Origin: Macrostomum lignano
Lineage: Eukaryota
Assembly (NCBI GenBank): GCA_002269645.1
Contig: NIVC01004767.1
Span: 1 to 35,508, forward strand
Length of the DNA: 35,508 bases
Direction of reading: 5' to 3'
Shown: positions 22,378 to 33,802 of the stretch, piece by piece
Position numbering within the stretch: the stretch's first letter is position 1
Layout: every line of letters begins with the position of its first letter
The notes under the pieces: model-generated
Seen by the model: only the letters and a program-made list of their open reading frames with translations
Databases searched by the model: none
Told to the model about the DNA's origin: nothing
Program-made: the position numbers and the translations under genes

Positions 22378-24390
22378 TTATACTTCCGGTCGATGTCAGA
22401 AGAGGCTTTGTTTGGCAAATCGACAGCATCGAAATTGGGGGCTGCAATTTGGGCACCATGACTGGGCCGTACGACAACTTCTACGGTTTCAAAGGCAAAT
22501 TGCAGAACTTCCATTGGCTGACCACTAAATACTTGTACGACCTGTTCCGAGCCTCAAAGAGATTCCAGTTGGAGATGAAAACTCCGGACCATCTGACCAC
22601 CCCGACGCCGAAACCGACGCGACCCAGTCCACCGGAGAAGCCGGAGAGCGACTTCACGCTCACATTCCTGCGGACTCACCAGTACAGTCGCCTATCCAGC
22701 GGGACAGTGATGCTGCGCAACATTGACTCAACTGGCTTCACCATGGAGCTCTCATTCAGAACCAGAGAAAGCAGCGCAGTGCTAGTATTTATCAATATTC
22801 TTCAGGAGACTGAGAAATTTTTCGGTCTAGAACTGCACGAAGGACGGCTGCGTTACAGCTTCAACCTGAAGGACCGCTACTCGGACTATGTGGGCCACGT
22901 GGGCCAGCTGAATGACGATCGTTGGCACCGGGTTTGGCTGCACATTTTCACACCGGATCGTTACGGCCGTGGTCAGAACAGGATGTACTTTGTTGTCGAC
23001 GGCGTCAACATCGAGGGTCCTCTAGTCAGTAGCATGTTCACCTATCAGGGTGAGGTGTATCTCGGCGGCGTTGATGACGACAGCCTAGCCAGAAACTTGG
23101 AGCGTTTCGGTTTTAGATCGTACGCTAAGCCCCAGTACTCTGGTTGTATGGGGTCAGTGATGTTTTACCAAACCTCGGGTCACATTGCTCCGCTCAACCG
23201 GGCCTACAATCTCAAATCGGAGCCGAGTGGAAGCGTCATTCGCGGCTCAGTCTGCCAGCTGATGCGATGCGCCGACGACAGCGGCTTCTGCTCCAACGGT
23301 GGCACGTGTCGCGAGACAGATGACGGCCGGCTACAGTGCGTTTGTCCCGCTGGAATCGGCGGCGAGCGCTGCGAGTTGCGACCGGAGTGCCCGATGAACT
23401 TCTGCAACGGTAGGGGAGTCTGCGACTGTCAGGGCCGCTATCCCTGCAGCCCGCGCTGCACCTGCAACGCCAATTGGTCCGGCGACCGCTGCCAGTACCA
23501 GATGTCCTGCCCTGACTCGTTCCGCTGCCAGAACAACGGCGTTTGCACCTGCAGCGGTAGCTCACCAAGCTACGTCTGCCGTCCCGAGTGCCGCTGTCCA
23601 ACCGGCTTCACTGGGGTCTTCTGCGAGACGCCGCTTCGCTGCGATGCCAGCCTGTGCCAGAACGGCGGCACCTGCTACTGCGATCGGGCCGAGCTGTTAC
23701 GTGGCCGATGCGTGACCAAGTGCAACTGCCGCAGACTGTACAGCGGCGACTACTGCCAGAACTTCGACTGCGGCACGTACTTGAACCAGTGCAACGGCCG
23801 GGGCACCTGCAACTGCCGCAACGAGGATGACTGCACCTGCAACTGCCAAAGCGGCTACACGGGCGTCCGGTGCGACCAACAGCCCGAACAGTGCGACGGA
23901 GTCGTCTGCGGCAACTTCGGTTTTTGTCGGGTCACCAACGGCCAGCGATCGTGCGACTGCAGCCGGAGCGGCTACTTTGTCAATGGACTGCAGTGCTCCA
24001 GACCGGCCGATGGCTTCCTGATTAGCGGCGAAGTGATCTACGGACCTAGCGGTACTTCTTCGCACAAGCCAACTCCTGGTGGTTACTACGTGCTCCAGCT
24101 GCCGTCGCCTAAGCTGACTGACGCCGACAATGTCACCATTGGCTTCCAGACTTACAACAAAGCCAACACTAGCACTATCCTGACCTTCAACGGCACAAAT
24201 GGCCGGTTCTGGAACTTGGAATTGGACGACGGAGAGTTGAAGCTGAATCAGAACTCAGTTCGTTATGCTATTCGACTGCCGAATAGTGTCAACTTGGCTG
24301 ACGGCACGTACCATACCATCTATCTGGAGCGAGAAGGCAACCTCTACAGGGTTTTTATCAATGGAACGTTTTTGACGAGGTTTACCACGT
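22378..24390 (+). CDS. Exon 12: LamG end, full LamG, six EGF-like repeats, next LamG
   Basis: Acceptor tcgacAG. MELSFRTRESSAVL...LELHEGRL...LNDDRWHRV...VYLGG...YSGCM, six EGF units at 23268-23996, VTIGFQT...LADGTYHTI. Donor T|GTGAGT. Confidence 0.95.
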
Positions 24391-24690
24391 GTGAGTAGGG
24401 CTGCGGCTTCCGAATTTTAACTTCTTTTGACGTTATTACGAGCTAAGAGTGTGTCAATTATTGTAGGACTTGATTAGGAACTGATGCATTACCAAAGGGG
24501 GTATTGGGTAATGTACAGGACCAAGGGACATGGCCAAGGGACTACCTAGATAGTTTAAACTTCGGATGACAAGCAGTCCGCATATTTTACTTTGTAATTC
24601 AAACTGAACTACTTTAAAATCATTCAACTAGAACAAGTGCTACATCAGGAAAATGTTAACTAGCCGCACCTTCTGTCGCTTAACTTTCAG

Positions 24691-24771
24691 CTGGCCAAGG
24701 ATTCCCGTACAGTCAACTCATATTCGGAGCCGATCCACGCGGCAGGAACGTCTTTTATGGCACCGTTGGAA
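24691..24771 (+). CDS. Exon 13: LamG continuation SGQGFPYSQLIFGADPRGRNVFYGTVG
   Basis: Acceptor actttcAG, donor A|GTGAGT, phase 1-1. Supplies the missing LIFG...FYG strands. Confidence 0.82.
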
Positions 24772-24879
24772 GTGAGTGGAGGTTAATATCAGTTTTTTCA
24801 GGCCTTGCATTGCATGGGAGGCATTGCTGATATGTCAAGGCTTACGGAGAGATTGCTGATTTGTCAAGGCTGAGAGGTC

Positions 24880-25165
24880 AGAAGGGGGGCATCACAAACA
24901 ATCCCGAAATATCACGTTCTCGAAAATCCAAAACGCAGGGGGCTTGTCATAGCTTTCGAGAATGTGATATTTAGGGTTTATGATGCGCCCTGCACTTTGG
25001 ATTTTCGAGATTGTGATATTTAGGGTTTGTGATATTTAGCGTTTATGATGCGGCTTGTCAGAGTTTTCGAGAATATGATATTTAGCGTTTGTGATATTTA
25101 GGGTTTATGATGGGAGGTGCGTTTCGAGGTTGTGATTTTTAGGGTTTGTTATGGCGCCCCGTCAG
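24880..25165. repeat. Imperfect fold-back element with repeated GATATTTAGGGTTT motifs
   Basis: Left arm (catcacaaac...aaatatcacgttctcgaaaatccaaa) is the approximate reverse complement of several right-arm units (tttggattttcgagattgtgatatttagggtttgtgat). Confidence 0.55.
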
Positions 25166-26019
25166 AAGCTACATGTAGCTTATTCAAAAAAAGTATTCAT
25201 TCTTTCTTGGCTCTCCAAAGGGGGGGGGCTGATTGCTAGTCCTATATACTAAAAATTGTTTGTCTCTATCTAGGTAGGTACGTATGTGATTGATTTCAGA
25301 AAAAAACAGCTCAACCGATTTTCATGAAACTTGCACCGTTTGATCAGAAATTTTCAGATTTCTGTTACAAATGCTAATGGGATTCAATGTTCGAGAAACG
25401 AGTTTGTTAATTATACTCTTGAATTGACAAACAAATTCTAATTGACTGCTAGAAGAGCAAGCCTAGATGTGAACAGGTTAAACTAACTGCTAATGCGGCG
25501 ACATAGGTTTCAATTAGATTTTTTTTAAAAAAATTTCCTCAAAAGCTCTTTCAAACTGAAATGGACTTAACAAAAGTGAATAAAGCTCACAGGAATGCTG
25601 AAATCTTGGAGAAGATAGCTGGCTTTCAGGGCTGATGCTTTTTTGCTTTGTAAATCATTTTCTTTCAGAAACAAAATAGTGACTTTTCAAGATCAGAAGC
25701 TACATGTAGTTTATTCAATTTTTTTCATTCGTTTCTTCGTTTCTTTTCTTCGCCTCCCCAATAGAGGTCGAAGATTGCTAGTTAATGACTATGTTAGTCA
25801 ATCATTTTATATTTTTGAAACTCATAGAAAAGTTTCTTTTTACTACAAATTTTTTTCTAGTTAAATCAATTTAAAACAAAATTTTAAGAGCCAGACTATA
25901 AAATAGTCTTCGACAATTTCAGGATCTGAGTTTTATCTACTAAGGTTTGTTAAAAGTAGCGATTACCACCACCTGTTTTAATCACCCTGTATTACAAAAC
26001 ATCTTCCAAAAACTTCCAG

Positions 26020-26253
26020 ACCTAAAATGGAACGGAGTCGTCTATGACCGGTCCAAGTTTCCCGACGGCGGTCGGCGGCCGACCGACGATCACGTGATTC
26101 CGCTGCCGCTGCCGGCCAATCTGGCTCAGCCGCCGTCTTGCAGCGACAAGGCCTGGCGAGGCTACTGCTCCAACAATGGACGCTGCTACGAGAGCGGCAT
26201 GTCGTTGAAGTGCGAATGCTTGCCGCCCTATTATGGACAGAGGTGTACCAAGA
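26020..26253 (+). CDS. Exon 14: LamG end and EGF domain
   Basis: Acceptor cttccAG. LKWNG...CSNNGRCYESGMSLKCECLPPYYGQRC. Donor A|GTGAGT. Confidence 0.9.
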
Positions 26254-26549
26254 GTGAGTGATAGCTTTGCTTACCTGTCTAATGAACCTTTGTTTTATTA
26301 CGAGCATTGCAAACAAAACGACTGTCACAAGTCTGAGAACAACTAATGGAGATCATGTAATCTGATGTATCACCGTATCACAAGCATTTTCTTTAATACG
26401 TTACTTACAGCAGAAATAATGGAATATTGCACCATGATGTGAAACTTTTATCAACTACTCTACTTGCAGAACTTGTAGAAATATAGGAAAAAATAAACTC
26501 AATAATAAAACAAATATATGCATTTCCTGTAATATTGATAATATCAACA

Positions 26550-26844
26550 ATAATTATTTATTGCACATGCCCCAATGGGCAGATGTGCAACCGACAGCTC
26601 AGCCGCAGCTATTGCGCGGCGCATCTGAAGGCTGCGTACGGCTGTTCAGTCCAAGGACTGGGGCGTCGCCACACACAGCCTCGATTACCCCAGCTAATGC
26701 TGGCACCCATTTTACAGCTGGTGAACTGAAGCAATGTAGAGTTAAGTGTAGAGTTAAGGACACAAATTGTTGCAGAGTGGGTCAAGAATCGAATCCCCGA
26801 CTTTTCAACCGTGAGTCCGACGATTTAACAACTAGGCTACAACC
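26550..26844 (-). mobile_element. tRNA-derived CORE-type SINE, copy 2 (antisense to copy 1)
   Basis: Reverse complement starts GGTTGTAGCCTAGT...GGATTCGATTC and shares the CAGCTGTAAAATGGGTGCCAGCATTAGCTG...GCGGCTGAGCTGTCGG body with 10605-10890. Confidence 0.82.
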
Positions 26845-26923
26845 CTGCTATATTCTAGGCTCTTCCATAAGCAAAAATACACTAGTTTTTTAATCAGTCA
26901 CCCCGCGCCATTGTTCCCCTCAG

Positions 26924-27409
26924 CTCCGTACGGAGTTCGCATCCAACGAGAGGACAACAGGGACGAATGCGCGGTGCTTCGAGTCTCCTCCGTCCCAACT
27001 GGCAGCGACGGCTCAACAAGAACCGAAAGCTTCCGCTTCGGCTTCCAGACGTTTCAATCGACTGCCGTGCTAGTCACGGTGTACAACCGTCAGGAGCAAT
27101 TCTGGCAGCTGTTCCTAAGAGACGGCCGGGTTTACCTGCGAGATTCGTTTAGTCGCGACGCTCGAATGGTGTTTTATCCTCGAGTTAACGACGGCGCCGC
27201 TCACACCATTGTGGGCAACCGGGACGGCCAGAGTTTGAGCTTCTTCCTGGACGGCGAGGGCGGCATGGTGGACCGGTACGCACTCAACCGGAGCCTCTTC
27301 GGTTCTGACGGTCAGTTTGAGCACAGCAAACTGGAGTTCGGCGCCGGTAACTACAGTGACGGACCCGGGCGGCCGGATTACAAGCTGTGCTTTCTGGGTG
27401 CCATTGGAG
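26924..27409 (+). CDS. Exon 15: membrane-proximal LamG domain
   Basis: Acceptor ccctcAG. FRFGFQTFQSTAVLV...LFLRDGRV...VNDGAAHTI...LEFG...FLGAIG. Ends at a GC donor GAG|GCAAGT, phase 1. Confidence 0.88.
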
Positions 27410-27570
27410 GCAAGTCTTGAGGCAGAGACAAACCTCGTGACACTAAAACAACATTGAATTGTCTAAGAAAACTAGGAAAAATGTTAAAGAGATTTGCCCT
27501 GAGCATGGTTTTTTCGTCAGTTTATTGATTGAAAATTTTTACAGAGATTTTCAAAATTAGAATCTATAGG

Positions 27571-27735
27571 GGGGCTTTAGCACCAGGGGCTTTAGCACCA
27601 GGGGCTTTAGCACCAGGGGCTTCAGCACCAGGGGCTTTAGCACCAGGGGCTTTAGCACCAGGGGCTTTAGCACCAGGGGCTTTAGCACCAGGGGCTTCAG
27701 CACCAGGGGCTTTAGTACCAGGGGCTTTAGCACCA
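27571..27735. repeat. 15-bp minisatellite GGGGCTTTAGCACCA x11
   Basis: Direct reading; 165 bp. Confidence 0.95.
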
Positions 27736-27917
27736 GTAACGCCAGCAACAACTGCATAGTGAAGTTGGGCTACAGTTTTTTTAATTGCGGCCTCCAGAGC
27801 CCTTGCCCTTGGTGCTGGTTGGATCTCACCTTCTGGAGTTGCAAATGATGAAGCGTGGGATTCTTCTACATTCAGCTTTCGGAGCTACTGATAAACTATA
27901 AAAACCCGACCCCGCAG

Positions 27918-28408
27918 CCATCGAATGGAACGGACTCCGGCCCATAGACGAAAAAGGCAGCTTCTGTCCGAGATGGTGCGGCATCTGGCCTACCACGCTG
28001 GTTGGGATTCCCTTCCCAACCACCCTGACTATCGACGGTTTCGTGGACCTCGACGGGTCGCGCCTGCCGCCAAACGGTGGCTACGCCGATGTTGGAGGCC
28101 CCGGGCCCGGGCTGGTCGACGCCGACCTGCTCTATCCGGGTAGCAACGGGGAGGTCAGCGCAGTTGGCGCCGGCGCCGTTGTCATGACTGGCGCCGGCGG
28201 CGGTGGCGGTGGCAGCGGTGCCGCAGTGGTTCCCGGGCTGGCCGCCGCAGGGTTTGGTGCAGGCGGCGCCGGCGGCGCGGTGAGCGCATGGATTGCGGGC
28301 CTCCTGCTGGCGCTGCTGCTGCTGCTGTCAGCCTGTCTGTGGGCCTGCTGTCACTGCAAACCGGGCTACTACCTGTGCTGCGCCAAGGGGTCGGGCGGCT
28401 TCGCTTCG
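27918..28408 (+). CDS. Exon 16: LamG end, Gly/Ala-rich stalk, TM helix, Cys-rich juxtamembrane segment
   Basis: Acceptor cccgcAG. AIEWNGLRP...AWIAGLLLALLLLLSACLWA-CCHCKPGYYLCCAK. Donor TCG|GTAATG. Confidence 0.9.
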
Positions 28409-28424
28409 GTAATGAAGAAACAAT

Positions 28425-28553
<129 letters not shown>

Positions 28554-28572
28554 GCCCCATTTAATATTTCAG

Positions 28573-28680
28573 TTTGCCCAGCTGGCGGCAATGAAAAGTC
28601 AACTGGGCGCGGCCATTGGTGGTCGGAAAAAGCGAAGCGCAAACGGGGGCGCCACTGCGACGGATGGAGGAGCAGTCAAT
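28573..28680 (+). CDS. Exon 17: cytoplasmic linker with RKKR basic cluster
   Basis: Acceptor atttcAG, donor AAT|GTGAGC, 108 nt, phase 0-0. FAQLAAMKSQLGAAIGGRKKRSANGGATATDGGAVN. Confidence 0.72.
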
Positions 28681-28771
28681 GTGAGCACGAAGTCCTTGCT
28701 ACCAAAGCCCCTTAGACTTTAATACAGTACAATAGACTTTAATATTCGAAATCTCTCTAAAAAATCACCAG

Positions 28772-29071
28772 ATGGACATCGGACAGCTCGATCGATCAAC
28801 ACTGGACACTCGGATGCACCTGCAGGGCACCACGGATGTCCTGTCTATCCGGTCTGGTGGCGGAGGCGGCGCCGGAGGAATGTGGAGTCGCTATGAGCAC
28901 ACCGTCAGACAAGACGACGCCATGTCAGACGCGTACAGACCCCGGCAGACTTACACCATCGGTCGGGACAAGGTGCTGGATTTGACTTCCAACTATCAGA
29001 TTGATACAATGGGAGCCGTTGAGACTGGCGCCCGCACTCAGGAGAATGTCTACCTGAGCGAGAATATCAAG
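28772..29071 (+). CDS. Exon 18: cytoplasmic linker
   Basis: Acceptor tcaccAG directly before ATG. MDIGQLDRS...QENVYLSENIK. Donor AAG|GTGAGC. Confidence 0.82.
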
Positions 29072-29102
29072 GTGAGCTGTGGCTTTTCTAATAGCCGGTG
29101 AC

Positions 29103-30318
29103 GCTTAAATTGGGCACTGATTAAAGCTTGAATTGGGCACTGATTAAAGCTTGAATTGGGCACTGATTGAAGCTTGAATTGGGCACTGATTAAAGCTTGA
29201 ATTGGGCACTGATTAAAGCTTGAATTGGGCACTGATTAAAGCTTGAATTGGGCACTGATTAAAGCTTGAATTGGGCACTGATTAAAGCTTGAATTGGGCA
29301 CTGATTGAAGCTTGAATTGGGCACTGATTAAAGCTTGAATTGGGCACTGATTAAAGCTTGAATTGGGCACTGATTAAAGCTTGAATTGGGCACTGATTAA
29401 AGCTTAAATTGGGCACTGATTAAAGCTTGAATTGGGCACTGATTGAAGCTTGAATTGGGCACTGATTAAAGCTTGAATTGGGCACTGATTAAAGCTTGAA
29501 TTGGGCACTGATTAAAGCTTGAATTGGGCACTGATTAAAGCTTAAATTGGGCACTGATTAAAGCTTGAATTGGGCACTGATTAAAGCTTGAATTGGGCAC
29601 TGATTAAAGCTTGAATTGGGCACTGATTGAAGCTTGAATTGGGCACTGATTAAAGCTTGAATTGGGCACTGATTAAAGCTTGAATTGGGCACTGATTAAA
29701 GCTTGAATTGGGCACTGATTAAAGCTTGAATTGGGCACTGATTAAAGCTTGAATTGGGCACTGATTAAAGCTTGAATTGGGCACTGATTAAAGCTTAAAT
29801 TGGGCACTGATTAAAGCTTGAATTGGGCACTGATTGAAGCTTGAATTGGGCACTGATTAAAGCTTGAATTGGGCACTGATTAAAGCTTGAATTGGGCACT
29901 GATTAAAGCTTGAATTGGGCACTGATTAAAGCTTAAATTGGGCACTGATTAAAGCTTGAATTGGGCACTGATTAAAGCTTGAATTGGGCACTGATTAAAG
30001 CTTGAATTGGGCACTGATTGAAGCTTGAATTGGGCACTGATTAAAGCTTGAATTGGGCACTGATTAAAGCTTGAATTGGGCACTGATTAAAGCTTGAATT
30101 GGGCACTGATTAAAGCTTGAATTGGGCACTGATTAAAGCTTGAATTGGGCACTGATTGAAGCTTGAATTGGGCACTGATTAAAGCTTGAATTGGGCACTG
30201 ATTAAAGCTTGAATTGGGCACTGATTAAAGCTTGAATTGGGCACTGATTAAAGCTTGAATTGGGCACTGATTGAAGCTTGAATTGGGCACTGATTAAAGC
30301 TTGAATTGGGCACTGATT
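29103..30318. repeat. 23-bp minisatellite GCTTGAATTGGGCACTGATTAAA, about 53 near-identical copies
   Basis: Direct reading; no spacers; fills intron 18. Confidence 0.97.
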
Positions 30319-30346
30319 ACGCTAACAACCATATTATCGTCCGTAG

Positions 30347-30643
30347 GTTGACTGCGCGCTCATCACCCAGAACAGTCGCTATGTTGTCACTGGCAACGCG
30401 GCCGGCTCAGCCCAGGTGTGGGACTGCGTCAGCGGTGACCTGATCAAGGTGATGGACGGTCGCGACATCGGCTGCACGGAGATTCATCTCGCCTGCGACG
30501 ACTCCGTACTGCTCGGCCTGGTGCTGGACGAGGCCACCGGGCGGCACCGGCTGCAGATGTGGGACTTCGCGCACGGCCGACAGATTGCGATGCCGCACGA
30601 CGCGTTCTGCTCAACCGTGACCGTGAACAGGAGCGGTGCTCAC
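30347..30643 (+). CDS. Exon 19: WD40 repeats 1-3
   Basis: Acceptor tccgtAG. VDCALITQNSRYVVTGNAAGSAQVWD...RLQMWD. Donor CAC|GTACGA. Confidence 0.88.
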
Positions 30644-30760
30644 GTACGAATGGGGTTTTTTATCTGCTTAACTATCTCCATTCAATTGTCAACCTGAGGG
30701 TGTCTGCTGTTGTGCGTAGGATCTGTGAGATACCTCAATAATTGTTTGCCTGGAGACGTT

Positions 30761-31140
30761 CCATCTACCTCATTGTCTACCTAAGGGTGTCTATCTACCT
30801 CATTGTCTACCTAAGGGTGTCTATCTACCTCATTGTCTACCTAAGGGTGTCTATCTACCTCATTGTCTACCTAAGGGTGTCTATCTACCTCATTGTCTAC
30901 CTAAGGGTGTCTATCTACCTCATTGTCTACCTAAGGGTGTCTATCTACCTCATTGTCTACCTAAGGGTGTCTATCTACCTGATTGTCTACCTAAGGGTGT
31001 CTATCCACCTCATTGTCTACCTAAGGGTGTCTATCTACCTCATTGTCTACCTAAGGTTGTCTATCTACCTCATTGTCTACCTAAGGGTGTCTATCTACCT
31101 CATTGTCTACCTAAGGGTGTCTATCTACCTCATTGCCCAC
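30761..31140. repeat. 30-bp minisatellite CTATCTACCTCATTGTCTACCTAAGGGTGT, about 12-13 copies
   Basis: Direct reading; source of the LIVYLRVSIY repeat ORF. Confidence 0.95.
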
Positions 31141-31356
31141 CTTAGTGGTCTAGCTACCTTATTGTCTACATTTGTAGCTCATCTAAAGCTTACATCTTGT
31201 TTTAATCCTTTGGTTTCCTATTATACATTGTCATCTACCTTGTACCTCTGTATCTCCCTTGGAGAATTATGTCACAATAAATTACCGCGAGTCTTGAGTC
31301 TTCGTGTTTCGATTCCGACCTCATCGAAAGCTCCTCGACACCTCGAAACACCGCAG

Positions 31357-31602
31357 GCCGTCATCGCATTCCTGGACTCCGCTGGCAAGGCATCGAACCT
31401 CCTGGTGTGGGACATCGGCTCCAACCAGGCGTCTCGGACCCTACCGCTGCCACCGGTGCCCGGCCTCACGGATGTCATCACCTATCTGCGCGTGAGCCGC
31501 GAGGATCAATACGTGGTGGCCGGCTTCCCTAATTCGGCCAGCGGCATGGCCACTTACCTGGTGTACGACCTTGGCGCTCCCGTGGGCTCTCCGCCGCTGC
31601 AG
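31357..31602 (+). CDS. Exon 20: WD40 repeats 3-4
   Basis: Acceptor accgcAG. AVIAFLD...NLLVWD...ITYLRVSREDQYVVAG...YLVYD. Donor CAG|GTGAGA. Confidence 0.85.
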
Positions 31603-31642
31603 GTGAGAGGCTACCATTGATAGATTAGCAGTCCATTATCGT

Positions 31643-32440
31643 TTGGCTATAGATTAGCAATCCATCTACTCATATGCTTGGCTATAGATTAGCAATCCAT
31701 CTACTCATATGCTTGGCTATAGATTAGCAATCCATCTACTCATATGCTTGGCTATAGATTAGCAATCCATCTACTCACATGCTTGGCTATAGATTAGCAA
31801 TCCATCTACTCATATGCTTGGCTATAGATTAGCAATCCATCTACTCATATGCTTGGCTATAGATTAGCAATCCATCTACTCACATGCTTGGCTATAGATT
31901 AGCAATCCATCTACTCATATGCTTGGCTATAGATTAGCAATCCATCTACTCATATGCTTAGCTATAGATTAGCAATCCATCTACTCATATGCTTGGCTAT
32001 AGATTAGCAATCCATCTACTCATATGCTTGGCTATAGATTAGCAATCCATCTACTCATATGCTTGGCTATAGATTAGCAATCCATCTACTCATATGCTTG
32101 GCTATAGATTAGCAATCCATCTACTCATATGCTTAGCTATAGATTAGCAATCCATCTACTCATATGCTTGGCTATAGATTAGCAATCCATCTACTCAGAT
32201 GCTTGGCTATAGATTAGCAATCCATCTACTCATATGCTTGGCTATAGATTAGCAATCCATCAACTCATATGCTTGGCTATAGATTAGCAATCCATCCACT
32301 CATATGCTTGGCTATAGATTAGCAATCCATCTACTCATATGCTTGGCTATAGATTAGCAATCCATCTACTCATATGCTTGGCTATAGATTAGCAATCCAT
32401 CTACTCAGATGCTTGGCTATAGATTAGCAATCCATCTATC
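31643..32440. repeat. 35-bp minisatellite TTGGCTATAGATTAGCAATCCATCTACTCATATGC, about 23 copies
   Basis: Direct reading; period 35; fills intron 20. Confidence 0.97.
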
Positions 32441-32563
32441 TCTAGCTATTGATTAGCCTTTCAGACATGCAAACATAAATTCCGGTGTATAAATCTAGCA
32501 AAACCTGACAAATTAGCAAAAGCTAGCAAAAAAGAAATTTTTTTTACACTGGCACAAATCAAG

Positions 32564-32845
32564 GTGGACTTCGACGCGGTGGTGCACTGCACGGAGCTGG
32601 GCGCCGGCGAGGCGGTGACCGGCACAGCCAAAGGCGAGCTGCTGGTCTGGGCGCTGGCAACTGGCCAAGTTGAGCGGCCCATCTGCCTGCAGGGCGGCGG
32701 CCCGGCACACCAATCGGCGATCAAGGCGGTCAGCTGGTCCGCTGACGGCCGGGTGTTCGCCAGCGGCGGCGCCGATTTTGTTGTCCACGTCTGGGACATG
32801 ACCAGCGAGACCCTCACCTTCGCGCTGGAGGGGCACACCGATGAT
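32564..32845 (+). CDS. Exon 21: WD40 repeats 5-7
   Basis: Acceptor aatca[33 protein letters not shown]...LEGHTDD is canonical GH-WD. Donor GAT|GTGAGG. Confidence 0.92.
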
Positions 32846-32860
32846 GTGAGGGCGGCGGGG

Positions 32861-33433
<573 letters not shown>

Positions 33434-33520
33434 TTACAGGATACTGAGATATTCCGACAGACACTTCTCAGACAGGCGATAGGACAGGCACTAGCATCAA
33501 TGTCGCATTTCTCCCCATAG

Positions 33521-33802
33521 GTTCAGTCAATCTGCATCAGCGTGGACGCCGAGATCCTGGTCTCCGGCAGCTGGGACGGCTCCATCCGGGTGTGGAAGCT
33601 AAAAGACGGCTCCCAGCTGTGCTGGTTCACCTCCAACATCGACATCTTCAAGGTGATTCTCAGCCGAGACAAACGCTGCGTAGTGGGCCTTGGCGAGCGG
33701 GCGAACAATCGGAAGCTGATCATGCTGCAGATCATCCGGCAGAAAAGTCGGCGAACCCGCAGTCGAGGACAATCGGACGGACAGGCGATTGCTGAGACCT
33801 GA
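33521..33802 (+). CDS. Exon 22 (last): WD40 repeats 7-8, basic tail, stop
   Basis: Acceptor ccccatAG. VQSICISVDAEILVSGSWDGSIRVWK...RKLIMLQIIRQKSRRTRSR...AIAET, TGA at 33800-33802. Confidence 0.92.
   Translation, partial: VQSICISVDAEILVSGSWDGSIRVWKLKDGSQLCWFTSNIDIFKVILSRDKRCVVGLGERANNRKLIMLQIIRQKSRRTRSRGQSDGQAIAET

Noticed and set aside
24960-25150. Interstitial telomere
   Set aside because: TTTAGGG motifs are dispersed within longer units, not tandem.
29103-30318. 23-bp (and 30-35-bp) arrays as CRISPR
   Set aside because: Head-to-tail units with no unique spacers, no cas genes, and located inside spliceosomal introns.
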